The notes: generated by a model from the sequence alone, not told the origin. DNA of 64,000 bases from Angelvirus px29 (IMGVR_UViG_2700988902_000001:75520-139519); one strand, 5' to 3'; positions 17,647-25,550 are shown, counted from the stretch's first letter. Program-made: numbers and translations.

Positions 17647-17653
17647 ATTTATC

Positions 17654-17738
17654 TGGTGCGGATGGTCGGACTCGAACCGACATGCCCGGAGGCGCTAGAT
17701 CCTAAATCTAGTGTGACTGCCAATTTCACCACATCCGC
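17654..17738 (-). tRNA. tRNA-Leu(TAG)
   Basis: Cloverleaf, long variable arm, CCA. Confidence 0.92.
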
Positions 17739-17744
17739 ATTATT

Positions 17745-17832
17745 TGGAGGAGAAAGTGGGATTCGAACCCACGGACTCTTGCGGGCCTACGAATTAGCAA
17801 TCCGCTACGTTCGGCCTCTCTGTCATTTCTCC
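17745..17832 (-). tRNA. tRNA-Ser(GCT)
   Basis: Cloverleaf, long variable arm, CCA. Confidence 0.92.
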
Positions 17833-17942
17833 ATGTTCTTTAATGTATTCGGCAGCTCGTTTAATCTGTTCCCATTGAGAATCAGTAACACACTGACCGG
17901 ATAACACGAACGAGGCTCTTACGTTTTCCTCGATCTCTTGTT

Positions 17943-18164
17943 TTAAGCTTTGCAATAGTGAGTTCCTCTTCGAACAAAACCGCCAAAGTCTTTTTGTCCA
18001 ATGCAATGAACACCGCGACTAACTTTGATAAGTCCAAGTTTTAACAGCTTTTCAATCTGTTGATTGGTACACTTAGCATCACCTTGAGTAGTAGCGAAAC
18101 CGTATGAATCAGCTTTATCAGCGAAACGGGATGCCAGCTCAAGATCTTGTTTTGTTGCTTTCAT
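17943..18164 (-). CDS. Hypothetical protein
   Basis: ORF between tRNA genes. Confidence 0.55.
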   Translation of the reverse strand: MKATKQDLELASRFADKADSYGFATTQGDAKCTNQQIEKLLKLGLIKVSRGVHCIGQKDFGGFVRRGTHYCKA

Positions 18165-18188
18165 GATATAACTCTCTATTGTTTGATT

Positions 18189-18280
18189 TGGCGGAAGCGA
18201 TCCGATTCGAACGGATGGACGGGGTTAACCGCCGACACTTTTCAAGAGTGTTGCAATAAGCCGGACTCTGCCACGCTTCC
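18189..18280 (-). tRNA. tRNA-Ser(TGA)
   Basis: Cloverleaf, CCA. Confidence 0.9.
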
Positions 18281-18419
18281 AAATTCTTCGACACGGCTTT
18301 ATGTCGTCGTGATTCTTGATCATTACGATCTGGCTACACACGCGCATCACCTTCCCGTTTGATAATTTAACGAGCTACGGGAATCATAGCAGCTCATTTA
18401 GCCTTTAGCAAGCTAAAAA

Positions 18420-18494
18420 TGCGGGGGTAACTGGGCTCGAACCAGTGCATGACGGAATCAAAGTCCGTTGCCTTACCAACTTGGCTATACCCCT
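18420..18494 (-). tRNA. tRNA-Gln(TTG)
   Basis: Cloverleaf, loop CTTTGAT. Confidence 0.88.
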
Positions 18495-18603
18495 ATAAAC
18501 TGGGACGAATATGAACGTTTAACGTGGGTCATCGTCTTATCGTTTCGGTAACTTAATCCTACTTTGTGTAACCCCACATCATTCAACGCAACGCTGAATC
18601 AAT

Positions 18604-18681
18604 TTTGTCCGTCATATAGGATTTGAACCTATGACCCTCTGATCCCAAACCAGATGCGCTACCGGACTGCGCTAATGACGG
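18604..18681 (-). tRNA. tRNA-Pro(TGG)
   Basis: Cloverleaf, loop TTTGGGA. Confidence 0.88.
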
Positions 18682-18696
18682 AGTATTCTTTATAAT

Positions 18697-18802
18697 AGGA
18701 CGCTAAGGTAGAGAATCGAACTCTACATGAAATCAATACCGACGGGGCAATCTATATCCCGACTTTCGAGAAGCTATCTCATTGCACTTAAAAGCATTAG
18801 CG
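18697..18802 (-). ncRNA. tRNA-like RNA lacking canonical D and anticodon arms
   Basis: CGCTAA/TTAGCG terminal stem and T-arm GTAGAG-TTCGATT-CTCTAC. Confidence 0.55.
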
Positions 18803-18827
18803 ATTTCACCTTTCAAAGCGATTAAAC

Positions 18828-18904
18828 TGGTGCATCGGACTGGACTTGAACCAGTGACCAGCGGATTTTCAATCCGCCACTCTACCATACTGAGTTACCG
18901 ATGC
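18828..18904 (-). tRNA. tRNA-Phe(GAA)
   Basis: Cloverleaf, CCA. Confidence 0.92.
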
Positions 18905-18911
18905 AAAATTT

Positions 18912-18988
18912 TGGGGTGGCGGACGGGCTTCGAACCCGTGACTATCAGGATCACAACCTGAAGTTCTACCAAACTGAACTACCGCCAC
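18912..18988 (-). tRNA. tRNA-His(GTG)
   Basis: Cloverleaf, C73, CCA. Confidence 0.92.
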
Positions 18989-19069
18989 ATAAATGATCAC
19001 TCGAAAGAAATCATTTATGTAACGAGTTACATACCAGATGCTACAAACGGGGCATCTGGATCCCTCTTA

Positions 19070-19154
19070 TGGTGCTCGGCACAAGATTCGAACTTGCGAT
19101 GCCTTTCGGTCTGGATTACAAAACCAGTGCATTCAACCACTCTGCCAACCGAGC
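19070..19154 (-). tRNA. tRNA with TGT (Thr) anticodon on a long-variable-arm body
   Basis: Loop TTTGTAA, variable arm ACCGAAAGGCATC, CCA. Confidence 0.7.
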
Positions 19155-19163
19155 GTTTTAAAT

Positions 19164-19255
19164 TGGTGGATGCGGTAGGATTCGAACCTACAACGTTTAC
19201 CCTGTGGGGCCAGATTTACAGTCTGGTGCAATACCACCGTCATTGCAGCACATCC
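19164..19255 (-). tRNA. tRNA-Tyr(GTA)
   Basis: Cloverleaf, loop CTGTAAA, CCA. Confidence 0.9.
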
Positions 19256-19278
19256 ATTATTCTTTATTTAGTACGCTA

Positions 19279-19354
19279 AGAAGCGAGTACCTGATTCGAA
19301 CAGGTGATCTCTGGGATATGAGCCCAGCGAGGACGGCCTCTCCTCCAACTCGCA
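19279..19354 (-). tRNA. Initiator tRNA-fMet(CAT)
   Basis: GGG/CCC anticodon stem, loop CTCATAT. Confidence 0.82.
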
Positions 19355-19374
19355 TCTTAGCGCACTAATCAATT

Positions 19375-19450
19375 TGGTTCTCCGTATGGAATTCGAATCC
19401 ATGTTACCGCCGTGAAAGGGCAGTGTCCTAGTCCACTAGACGAACGGAGA
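19375..19450 (-). tRNA. tRNA-Glu(TTC)
   Basis: Cloverleaf, CCA. Confidence 0.9.
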
Positions 19451-19454
19451 TCTG

Positions 19455-19694
19455 TCAGTAAGCGAAACTAAACAATCGTCTTTGTTTTGCTTTTAAGTCT
19501 TCTTCGACAACAGAGACATTATCGCATGTTTCCGCAGTAGAGTAAACATCTTTTTGTTTTTCTTTTTCAGCGGCTTCCGCTGCTTTCTTTCTAGCAAGTG
19601 GGCCAACGTTTTTCCACAAAGGCGCGTTGTACCATGCTGCACTACATTGATTGCCAGAGCCACGATTGGCGCGAGCGTCTAAATCATTACTCAT
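19455..19694 (-). CDS. Hypothetical protein
   Basis: GGAG RBS before MSNDLD; late promoter upstream. Confidence 0.55.
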   Translation of the reverse strand: MSNDLDARANRGSGNQCSAAWYNAPLWKNVGPLARKKAAEAAEKEKQKDVYSTAETCDNVSVVEEDLKAKQRRLFSFAY

Positions 19695-19738
19695 TATAAA
19701 CTCCTTTAATAGCAAGTCTATTTAGTACCAAATTTAAA

Positions 19739-19854
19739 TGCACTGTCTAGATCCCCGCAGGTGGTTCCCACCTACTAGCCTTTGTTCGCACAAGCTTGCG
19801 GCTCTTAGCTACATACGAGGGCTTATCTCGTCACATTTAGGTTAGGGCAATGCA
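19739..19854 (-). ncRNA. Candidate structured stable RNA (~116 nt)
   Basis: Ends pair (TGCATTG/CAGTGCA); internal hairpins ACGAG/CTCGT and AGGTGG/CCACCT. Confidence 0.45.
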
Positions 19855-19862
19855 CTTAAATT

Positions 19863-19936
19863 TGGTGGAGACGACGGGATTTCCGCCCGTATCTCAGATC
19901 CCAGTGACCTGCGATTATGAAGTTATCTACGTCCCC
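19863..19936 (-). ncRNA. tmRNA-TLD-like / Ala-accepting minimal RNA
   Basis: GGGGACG/CGTCTCC-A-CCA with G3:U70, no D stem, short closed helix, T-arm ACGGG/CCCGT. Confidence 0.6.
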
Positions 19937-19983
19937 GAGAAGGCTTAAACGTAACGAGTCAGAGGTTTAAGCGCGATTGAATT

Positions 19984-20058
19984 TGGTGGTGCATAGTAGA
20001 TTTGAACTACTGACCGACGGCGTATGAAACCGCAGCTCTACCACTGAGCTAATGCACC
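19984..20058 (-). tRNA. tRNA-Met(CAT), elongator type
   Basis: Cloverleaf, loop TTCATAC, CCA. Confidence 0.85.
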
Positions 20059-20250
20059 AGACGGTATCAAGAGTCGATACCGAGGCAATAATATTGATTG
20101 AACTTATACTACCGCTATATAGGCCGCAGTATAAGAAGCGCGTTGGTGTCAATAGTAACGTTTAAGTTATTCGCCACACACAACAATCACCGCTTTTTAT
20201 AGCCTATCGCCACGCAATAAGTATATAGCCTATTGCTTGACTCGACTATT

Positions 20251-20326
20251 TGGTCCGCCGTGGTGGGTATGATCCACCAACCTATCGGTTAAAAGCCGAT
20301 TGCTCTACCAGTTGAGCTAACGGCGG
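20251..20326 (-). tRNA. tRNA-Lys(TTT)
   Basis: Cloverleaf with variant T-loop ATCATAC, CCA. Confidence 0.85.
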
Positions 20327-20332
20327 TTTGTT

Positions 20333-20405
20333 CTCAGGGGCGGTAGGAGTCGAACCCACCTCAACGGATTTGGAATCCGCCGCATAACCGATTTGCTACG
20401 CCCCT
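20333..20405 (-). tRNA. tRNA-Trp(CCA)
   Basis: Cloverleaf, loop TTCCAAA. Confidence 0.88.
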
Positions 20406-20410
20406 ATATT

Positions 20411-20590
20411 CTTACCAGCTATCAAAATCCGTAATAGGAACGCTCTTTGCTCCATCTTTGACAGCTTTAGCACTAACTACAGTACCGATTGAGCCGCTTT
20501 GATATTCAACATCAATCAAGTTCGTTTCGTGCATCTGCATGAGTTCCATCATACGCTGAATCTCAAGCTTTGTAAACCTTACTTTATTCA
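20411..20590 (-). CDS. Hypothetical protein (MNKVRFTKLEIQ..., 59 aa)
   Basis: Read manually; AGGTG RBS. Confidence 0.55.
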
Positions 20591-20598
20591 TTTTTCAC

Positions 20599-20808
20599 CT
20601 ACAGAATAGGAGCTTCGATTGTGACATCAAGAACGGAATAATACGTGCCGTAATCCGAACTTTTATCGTTGTAATGTGCGCGAACTTTACAATCGGCATC
20701 ATCCACATCTTCCGCTTCTACCAACTTAATGGTATCGAATGACTTAGATGATCCCATGTATTCGCTTTTCATATAACGTATCTTAGCAAGAAACAACATC
20801 GGTGTCAA
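20599..20808 (-). CDS. Hypothetical protein
   Basis: ORF in operon. Confidence 0.5.
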   Translation of the reverse strand: MTPMLFLAKIRYMKSEYMGSSKSFDTIKLVEAEDVDDADCKVRAHYNDKSSDYGTYYSVLDVTIEAPIL

Positions 20809-21205
20809 CCCTTAGCGTATAGATTTTCGAAGTATGTTCAGACATAGGCTGAACACCGCAAATTTCATCAGCAATCAGCTTTGGAGCGAGTCTAGGACTA
20901 ACAGAAAGTCTATTGAAGATCACTTGATTTCCTTTATCCCAATACTGTTGTCTTTTAATCGCCGAAATCTGCTTAGACTTGATTTCCGTCTCTTCTGCTT
21001 TCAGAAGTTCGAATTCCAAATCATCGCTATAGACAACACCATACGCGATTACGCTATCAAAGTCAATAGGACATTCAGGCGTTTCTGTATATCTAATGAT
21101 CTGCCTCAGTGTTCGAACATCATCTTGAAACCAACCGCAGTTGATAAAGCAGTGTCCAACACAATCGCCGTTCTTCATGAACAGCGCCCAACTAGGTGCG
21201 CTCAT
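20783..21205 (-). CDS. Hypothetical protein
   Basis: ORF in the tRNA cluster. Confidence 0.65.
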   Translation of the reverse strand: MSAPSWALFMKNGDCVGHCFINCGWFQDDVRTLRQIIRYTETPECPIDFDSVIAYGVVYSDDLEFELLKAEETEIKSKQISAIKRQQYWDKGNQVIFNRLSVSPRLAPKLIADEICGVQPMSEHTSKIYTLRVDTDVVSC

Positions 21206-21221
21206 AACTTATTTCTCAATT

Positions 21222-21296
21222 TGGAGCACAGGATCTGGATCGAACAGACGATAAAGTGATTTGCAATCACTTGCCTTACCTCTTGGCTACCTGCGC
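21222..21296 (-). tRNA. tRNA-Cys(GCA)
   Basis: Cloverleaf, U73, CCA. Confidence 0.9.
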
Positions 21297-21305
21297 ATGT
21301 TAAAT

Positions 21306-21379
21306 TGGAGCCTCATTCGGGAATCGAACCCGACACTACGACTTGGAAGGACGGTATGTGACCACTACACCAATGAGGC
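21306..21379 (-). tRNA. tRNA-Gly(TCC)
   Basis: Cloverleaf, U73, CCA. Confidence 0.9.
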
Positions 21380-21446
21380 ACTTCGAGTAGTCGAGCCGAC
21401 TTATCCGTATTCTTTCAACGGTGAGCTGATAGCTACTCTAAAAATT

Positions 21447-21522
21447 TGTGGAGGTTAAGGGGCTCGAACCCTTGACCTACTGGTTGCAAACCAGTCGCTC
21501 GTTCCAACTGAGCTAAACCCCC
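21447..21522 (-). tRNA. tRNA-Ala(TGC)
   Basis: Cloverleaf, G3:U70. Confidence 0.9.
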
Positions 21523-21591
21523 AAATTCTAATAGATACTCGCAAGTATACATTAGAATAGGCACTTTATGCAAGTACCTACGCAAGTCTTC

Positions 21592-21736
21592 GGATTCACA
21601 TACGGGAGTGGTGACTAACCCACGTTACTTTTACCTGCTGTTCCCTCTCAGCCGCACATCCAACTACCGAAGTAAAGGAGTGCTATCTTTTAATAGTAGA
21701 TTTGAAGTTTTGTATTGGTTGCAGAAGTGAATCCAT
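21592..21736 (-). ncRNA. Stem-CWGCAA small RNA (copy C)
   Basis: GGATTCAC-TTCTGCAACC ... GTGAATCC terminal stem. Confidence 0.6.
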
Positions 21737-21797
21737 GCATTTTCAAAGAACATTGAACTACTGTCGGGTAAGTTCATTTTTCCTACTAGGTAGAAAC

Positions 21798-21874
21798 TGG
21801 CAGTGACGACGGGGCTCGAACCCGCGCTCTCCGACGTGACAGGCCGGAATTTTAACCAACTAAACTACGTCACT
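21798..21874 (-). tRNA. tRNA-Asp(GTC)
   Basis: Cloverleaf, G73, CCA. Confidence 0.92.
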
Positions 21875-21880
21875 AGAAAC

Positions 21881-21955
21881 TGGTAGCCATGGGCAGGATT
21901 GAACTGCCGACCCCACCCTTATCAGGGGTGTGCTCTACCACTGAGCTACATGGCT
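21881..21955 (-). tRNA. tRNA-Ile(GAT)
   Basis: Cloverleaf, CCA. Confidence 0.92.
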
Positions 21956-21962
21956 ATAAACT

Positions 21963-22069
21963 GGAAGACTTTTAACTGCCACCTGGACTCTTGTGCTAGA
22001 GAGTTGAGGAATCGAACCTCACTGTTTTCTTGTTAATAGAAAAATTCGAATGGTTTGCTGAAATCTTCC
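21963..22069 (-). ncRNA. Stem-CAGCAA small RNA containing a tRNA T-arm (copy D)
   Basis: GGAAGATTT-CAGCAAACC ... GAGG-TTCGATT-CCTC ... AAAGTCTTCC. Confidence 0.68.
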
Positions 22070-22089
22070 GTAGCACGGTAAATTGTTAT

Positions 22090-22173
22090 TTGCGGAGACG
22101 GCTGGACTCGAACCAGCATAGAGTTAACCTCACGGATTAACAGTCCGTCGCTCAACCTTTGAGCCACGTCTCC
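22090..22173 (-). tRNA. tRNA-Asn(GTT) with an extended variable arm
   Basis: Loop CTGTTAA, G73, variable arm GAG-GTTAA-CTC. Confidence 0.85.
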
Positions 22174-22192
22174 CAAATAACAACTTGCAAAT

Positions 22193-22268
22193 AAGAAACA
22201 GAGTGAACTTTATAGGCTATTTCAAAATAATGGCTTTTTAAGTTGGTTGCTGAAATCACTCTTTATCT
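22193..22268 (-). ncRNA. Stem-CAGCAA small RNA (copy E)
   Basis: AGAGTGATTT-CAGCAACC ... TCACTCT; starts just after the promoter TTTACA..TATAGT. Confidence 0.65.
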
Positions 22269-22274
22269 TTGTTT

Positions 22275-22303
22275 ACTATACACTACTATTTAGTGATTGT
22301 AAA
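22275..22303 (-). promoter_or_regulatory. T4-type early promoter with a nested late motif
   Basis: TTTACA-17-TATAGT containing CTAAATA. Confidence 0.7.
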
Positions 22304-22332
22304 ACAAAGACTTCTTAAATCTTTACTCTAAC

Positions 22333-22387
22333 AGGCTCACTTTTGTTTTTCATCCGCAGAAAAGTTTTGATTGCTGAATGGAGCCTT
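22333..22387 (-). ncRNA. Stem-CAGCAA small RNA (copy F)
   Basis: AGGCTCCATT-CAGCAATC ... GTGAGCCT; starts just after the promoter GTTTACA..TACAAT. Confidence 0.65.
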
Positions 22388-22393
22388 ATAAAG

Positions 22394-22423
22394 ATTGTAT
22401 CACGGTTTATCAACGCTGTAAAC
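22394..22423 (-). promoter_or_regulatory. T4-type early promoter
   Basis: GTTTACA-17-TACAAT. Confidence 0.75.
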
Positions 22424-22460
22424 TATCTTTTATTTATGCTCTACTTTAAGAGCATGTGAT

Positions 22461-22491
22461 AATGATAGCACAGTGTTTTAATAGAGTAAAC
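22461..22491 (-). promoter_or_regulatory. T4-type early promoter
   Basis: GTTTACT-17-TATCAT. Confidence 0.65.
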
Positions 22492-22524
22492 AATCTTTTT
22501 CTCGATATCCCCACATTGTTTCAT

Positions 22525-22745
22525 GCTACTGCCGGTTGAGTCCGAAGACCGAATAAGGGTTCACTTCCACGTTAGGTTTACGGCATACCGAGAAAAAGAC
22601 AGTCCGCATCACAGTGTTAGCGCAAGGGGTTCCACTGTCACTAAGTTATTTAGTGTCTACTGTCAACCAGCTAGGTGGGCGCTGGTCCCGTCCATACGAG
22701 CATGATGCCACCAATACATGCTCGGAAAGATCTTACGGTTTCTCG
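22525..22745 (-). ncRNA. Candidate structured ncRNA (~220 nt)
   Basis: GC-richer intergenic tract with several hairpins (e.g. GAGCATG/CATGCTC) and no convincing ORF. Confidence 0.35.
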
Positions 22746-22758
22746 AATCTCGAAATCT

Positions 22759-22983
22759 TTACTTGTCGTAATAATATGGCTTGCATTGACCTTCGAACTT
22801 GGTTTGACCACCGAAGAATCCAACGCGATTCTCGCCATATGTATCTTGTGCATTTTCTTCCGCGACTTTCAGCGCGGCTCTGCACTCTGCTTCGGTGTCG
22901 AACTTCTCAATTGCATGACTATGTGAGCCATAATTGGTACCAAAGTTAACGAACAACGAAGTAATCAACAAGAACTTAATCAT
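22759..22983 (-). CDS. Small exported/membrane protein
   Basis: Hydrophobic N-terminus; late promoter CTAAATA at ~22994. Confidence 0.6.
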   Translation of the reverse strand: MIKFLLITSLFVNFGTNYGSHSHAIEKFDTEAECRAALKVAEENAQDTYGENRVGFFGGQTKFEGQCKPYYYDK

Positions 22984-23010
22984 ACTACACCTTTATTTAG
23001 TAGTAAACAT

Positions 23011-23160
23011 TTAACGAGTTTCGCAGGAATACACTTCTTTCACGCGAGTTACAGAACGTTTGGTAACGTTAATGGAGCTACCCTGATACCAGCGAGACTC
23101 AGAGTCCAACACTTTATCAACAATCGCCTCAGACTTAGGCAGAATCGCGGCAGTTTTCAT
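23011..23160 (-). CDS. Hypothetical protein (MKTAAILPK..., 49 aa)
   Basis: Read manually; coupled to the upstream stop; strong codon bias. Confidence 0.5.
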   Translation of the reverse strand: MKTAAILPKSEAIVDKVLDSESRWYQGSSINVTKRSVTRVKEVYSCETR

Positions 23161-23483
23161 TCTTCAATCTCCACAACTCGATTTGTTTTTACAAGATGAT
23201 CCCACAGCTTTTGATAAGGGATTGAATAATCTTCCTTTTCGTTGCAGCAAGAACAACCTTGTTCATAGTAAACGGTGATCCAGTTCATGTCAAGCTTGTA
23301 TCCGTATCCGTAGAAGTGACGACTGCCATGATTTGGTTTGCCCAGCTCATAATTTACGACCTCTTCCAATGCGGTATCAATACCGTCGGAGTCGATAAAG
23401 TCTTCCGGTGCGTCTTGCTTACGCAAAGCGTCCATAAAGTCAAACAGATTATCAATTTTCATTTTCATTTCCTCATTAGCCAT
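23157..23483 (-). CDS. Hypothetical protein
   Basis: ORF. Confidence 0.65.
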   Translation of the reverse strand: MANEEMKMKIDNLFDFMDALRKQDAPEDFIDSDGIDTALEEVVNYELGKPNHGSRHFYGYGYKLDMNWITVYYEQGCSCCNEKEDYSIPYQKLWDHLVKTNRVVEIEE

Positions 23484-23558
23484 AGTAATACGTTATCGCA
23501 TTAATATGGCGGCTCTTTCGAGCCACCTCTTAGAAATCAGGTCATTCGTCTTTCACGA

Positions 23559-24662
23559 TTAGACCTCCTTGAACTCCACGATATTTGAAATCTCGTTGAA
23601 CTCACCGTATTTCCTCATTGACGGAACAAGATTACCGTTCTCGTCATGAATCAGATCCGGGTTTTCTTTCCACTTATTAGCTGATACGTATTCTGACACA
23701 GCATCCGCATTCAAGTCAACAACTAATTTCGGATGAATTTTCAGCGGGTATTCGCGAGACTGATCATTCTCAGCACCAGCTACCACGATTCGAGTCATCA
23801 GATCGGCGTGATAAAGATGATCATTGTCCTGACTGCCGTATTGCTGCGGGTTAAACTCGATGTTAAGTTCACACAACATGCTAACAAACTTACGAAGTCC
23901 GATATGCAGCTCTGCATTAGCGGCAGTGAATTTAATAACACGATTTGTCAAATTGTTTTTAGAGTAAGGACCCATTCCAATGTTGATAACACTATCGTAT
24001 TCCCAAGAGAAACCCATACTGAGATATTCATTACACAGATCATTTGTCAGTTCAGCACGAATGATTTCAGGCGCTTTCTCGATTTCTTCCATTCTCAACT
24101 GTAATTCTTCTTTAGTCAAGCGTTTTTTATCTGGATCTCGAATTTCAAGCTTGGCGAAGACTTCACGAATCTTTTTGTGAGACTCGATAGCGTAATCTTT
24201 GTTCCAAGATTGTTCCAATGTGCGGTCGTACTCCGCTACCATCAGATCATAGACTTTGCGCTTGATTACCATGAACATGACTGGCGATTTCTTTGAACCC
24301 ATAAACGAGGAAGCCGGTTGAATAAACAATTGTTCCCCGTGCATTAAGTCCTGATAAATCAGCTTGTTCGGATCAAACAGATCATCAATGTTGATCTTGC
24401 GATCTTCGTCACAAACGATATGCGTCTTTACCATGTCTTGAAACGCTTGATATGCGTCGTTGTCTTCGATATCGAAGTTGCCATAGTCATCATAAGTCGC
24501 ATACAGTGGAAGATGCATGGCAAGCTGGTATCGATCCCAGTTATAGCAACCCGGAGCGGCTGGAATTGTTTCGCCGTGACAGACAAGCGCGAGTAAAACA
24601 ACCGGCTCACCACAAGTCACGATATGACGACTGACACCACAAATAGTATTGAAAGAACCCAC
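23559..24662 (-). CDS. Conserved hypothetical phage protein (367 aa)
   Basis: GTG start with RBS; N-terminal GSFN..C and YDDYG motifs. Confidence 0.75.
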   Translation of the reverse strand: MGSFNTICGVSRHIVTCGEPVVLLALVCHGETIPAAPGCYNWDRYQLAMHLPLYATYDDYGNFDIEDNDAYQAFQDMVKTHIVCDEDRKINIDDLFDPNKLIYQDLMHGEQLFIQPASSFMGSKKSPVMFMVIKRKVYDLMVAEYDRTLEQSWNKDYAIESHKKIREVFAKLEIRDPDKKRLTKEELQLRMEEIEKAPEIIRAELTNDLCNEYLSMGFSWEYDSVINIGMGPYSKNNLTNRVIKFTAANAELHIGLRKFVSMLCELNIEFNPQQYGSQDNDHLYHADLMTRIVVAGAENDQSREYPLKIHPKLVVDLNADAVSEYVSANKWKENPDLIHDENGNLVPSMRKYGEFNEISNIVEFKEV

Positions 24663-24686
24663 GATATTTTCCCTTTGATAAGTTAC

Positions 24687-24710
24687 AAAAAAGCCCCAGT
24701 TAAGGGGCTT
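24687..24710 (-). terminator. Rho-independent terminator
   Basis: GCCCC hairpin followed by a T run. Confidence 0.75.
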
Positions 24711-24718
24711 CCAAATTG

Positions 24719-25108
24719 TTAAGCAATAGCTTCCAGAACAGCGTCGATGGATTCTTCAATCATCAGACGGGTCGGACGCTCGAACTCAGCGACGCGAATA
24801 CTCAGCATAACTTCGCCTTGCACGTTTTCATGCAGACCGACGATCTTTTCGGCATTCACAACGAACTTGGCGACACCGCGACTTTCGACCGGAGTAACAA
24901 CAGTTCGTTTGATAAAGCAGTCTTTCAGCTTGAGTGCCAGATCTTCGAACTTCTCGGCAACTTGATAAACAGTCGGCAGTTGACCTTCAACTTTAACAGT
25001 GATCAGAGTCTGACCGCCGTGAGTTTTAACCAGACCAACTACTTTTTCGGAGTTGACTACGAAACGAGTGATGTTACCAGCAACCGGAGATACGATAAAA
25101 CGAGACAT
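24719..25108 (-). CDS. Tandem two-repeat protein, FlbD-like
   Basis: Two ~62-aa repeats (FVVN.EK.VGL ... V.E). Confidence 0.6.
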   Translation of the reverse strand: MSRFIVSPVAGNITRFVVNSEKVVGLVKTHGGQTLITVKVEGQLPTVYQVAEKFEDLALKLKDCFIKRTVVTPVESRGVAKFVVNAEKIVGLHENVQGEVMLSIRVAEFERPTRLMIEESIDAVLEAIA

Positions 25109-25117
25109 TATAATTCC

Positions 25118-25354
25118 TTAAACAGTTATAGAAAATACGTGTTGGCCATTCTGAATGATTCCAACGTTGTTGTCAACGAAAACTTTAAAATTCATTTCCT
25201 TTGACATTTCGATGTGAGCGTTCGCAGCTTCTAGCGCGACTACACTCGGGTATTCATGTCTTTCACCAGCGAAGATACAGATGCCGTTTAGACCGTAAAC
25301 ACGTCCACTAAAGCTTCCGTCTTCATCTTGGTCTAGTATACAGATCAATTTCAA
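25118..25354 (-). CDS. Hypothetical protein
   Basis: Probable TTG start (LKLICILD) downstream of tRNA-Leu; start uncertain. Confidence 0.45.
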   Translation of the reverse strand: MKLICILDQDEDGSFSGRVYGLNGICIFAGERHEYPSVVALEAANAHIEMSKEMNFKVFVDNNVGIIQNGQHVFSITV

Positions 25355-25375
25355 CGTGTCAATCTCTTTTTTGTT

Positions 25376-25460
25376 TGGTGCGGATAGTGGGACTCGAACC
25401 CACACGCCCGAAGACTTGGGATTTTAAATCCCCTGCGGCTACCGATTACGCCATATCCGC
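25376..25460 (-). tRNA. tRNA-Leu(TAA)
   Basis: Cloverleaf, CCA. Confidence 0.92.
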
Positions 25461-25466
25461 GAAATT

Positions 25467-25550
25467 CGTGGGAGATACCGGACTCGAACCGGTACGTCAG
25501 AAGACGGTAGATTTTGAATCCACTGCGGCTACCAATTACACCAATCTCCC
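25467..25550 (-). tRNA. tRNA-Leu(CAA)
   Basis: Cloverleaf, loop TTCAAAA. Confidence 0.88.

Noticed and set aside
21694-21752. Apparent TTCAA target-site duplication around an insert in a tRNA-Met-like T-arm
   Set aside because: The rest of a tRNA is absent, and the GGATTCAC/GTGAATCC stem explains the region better.
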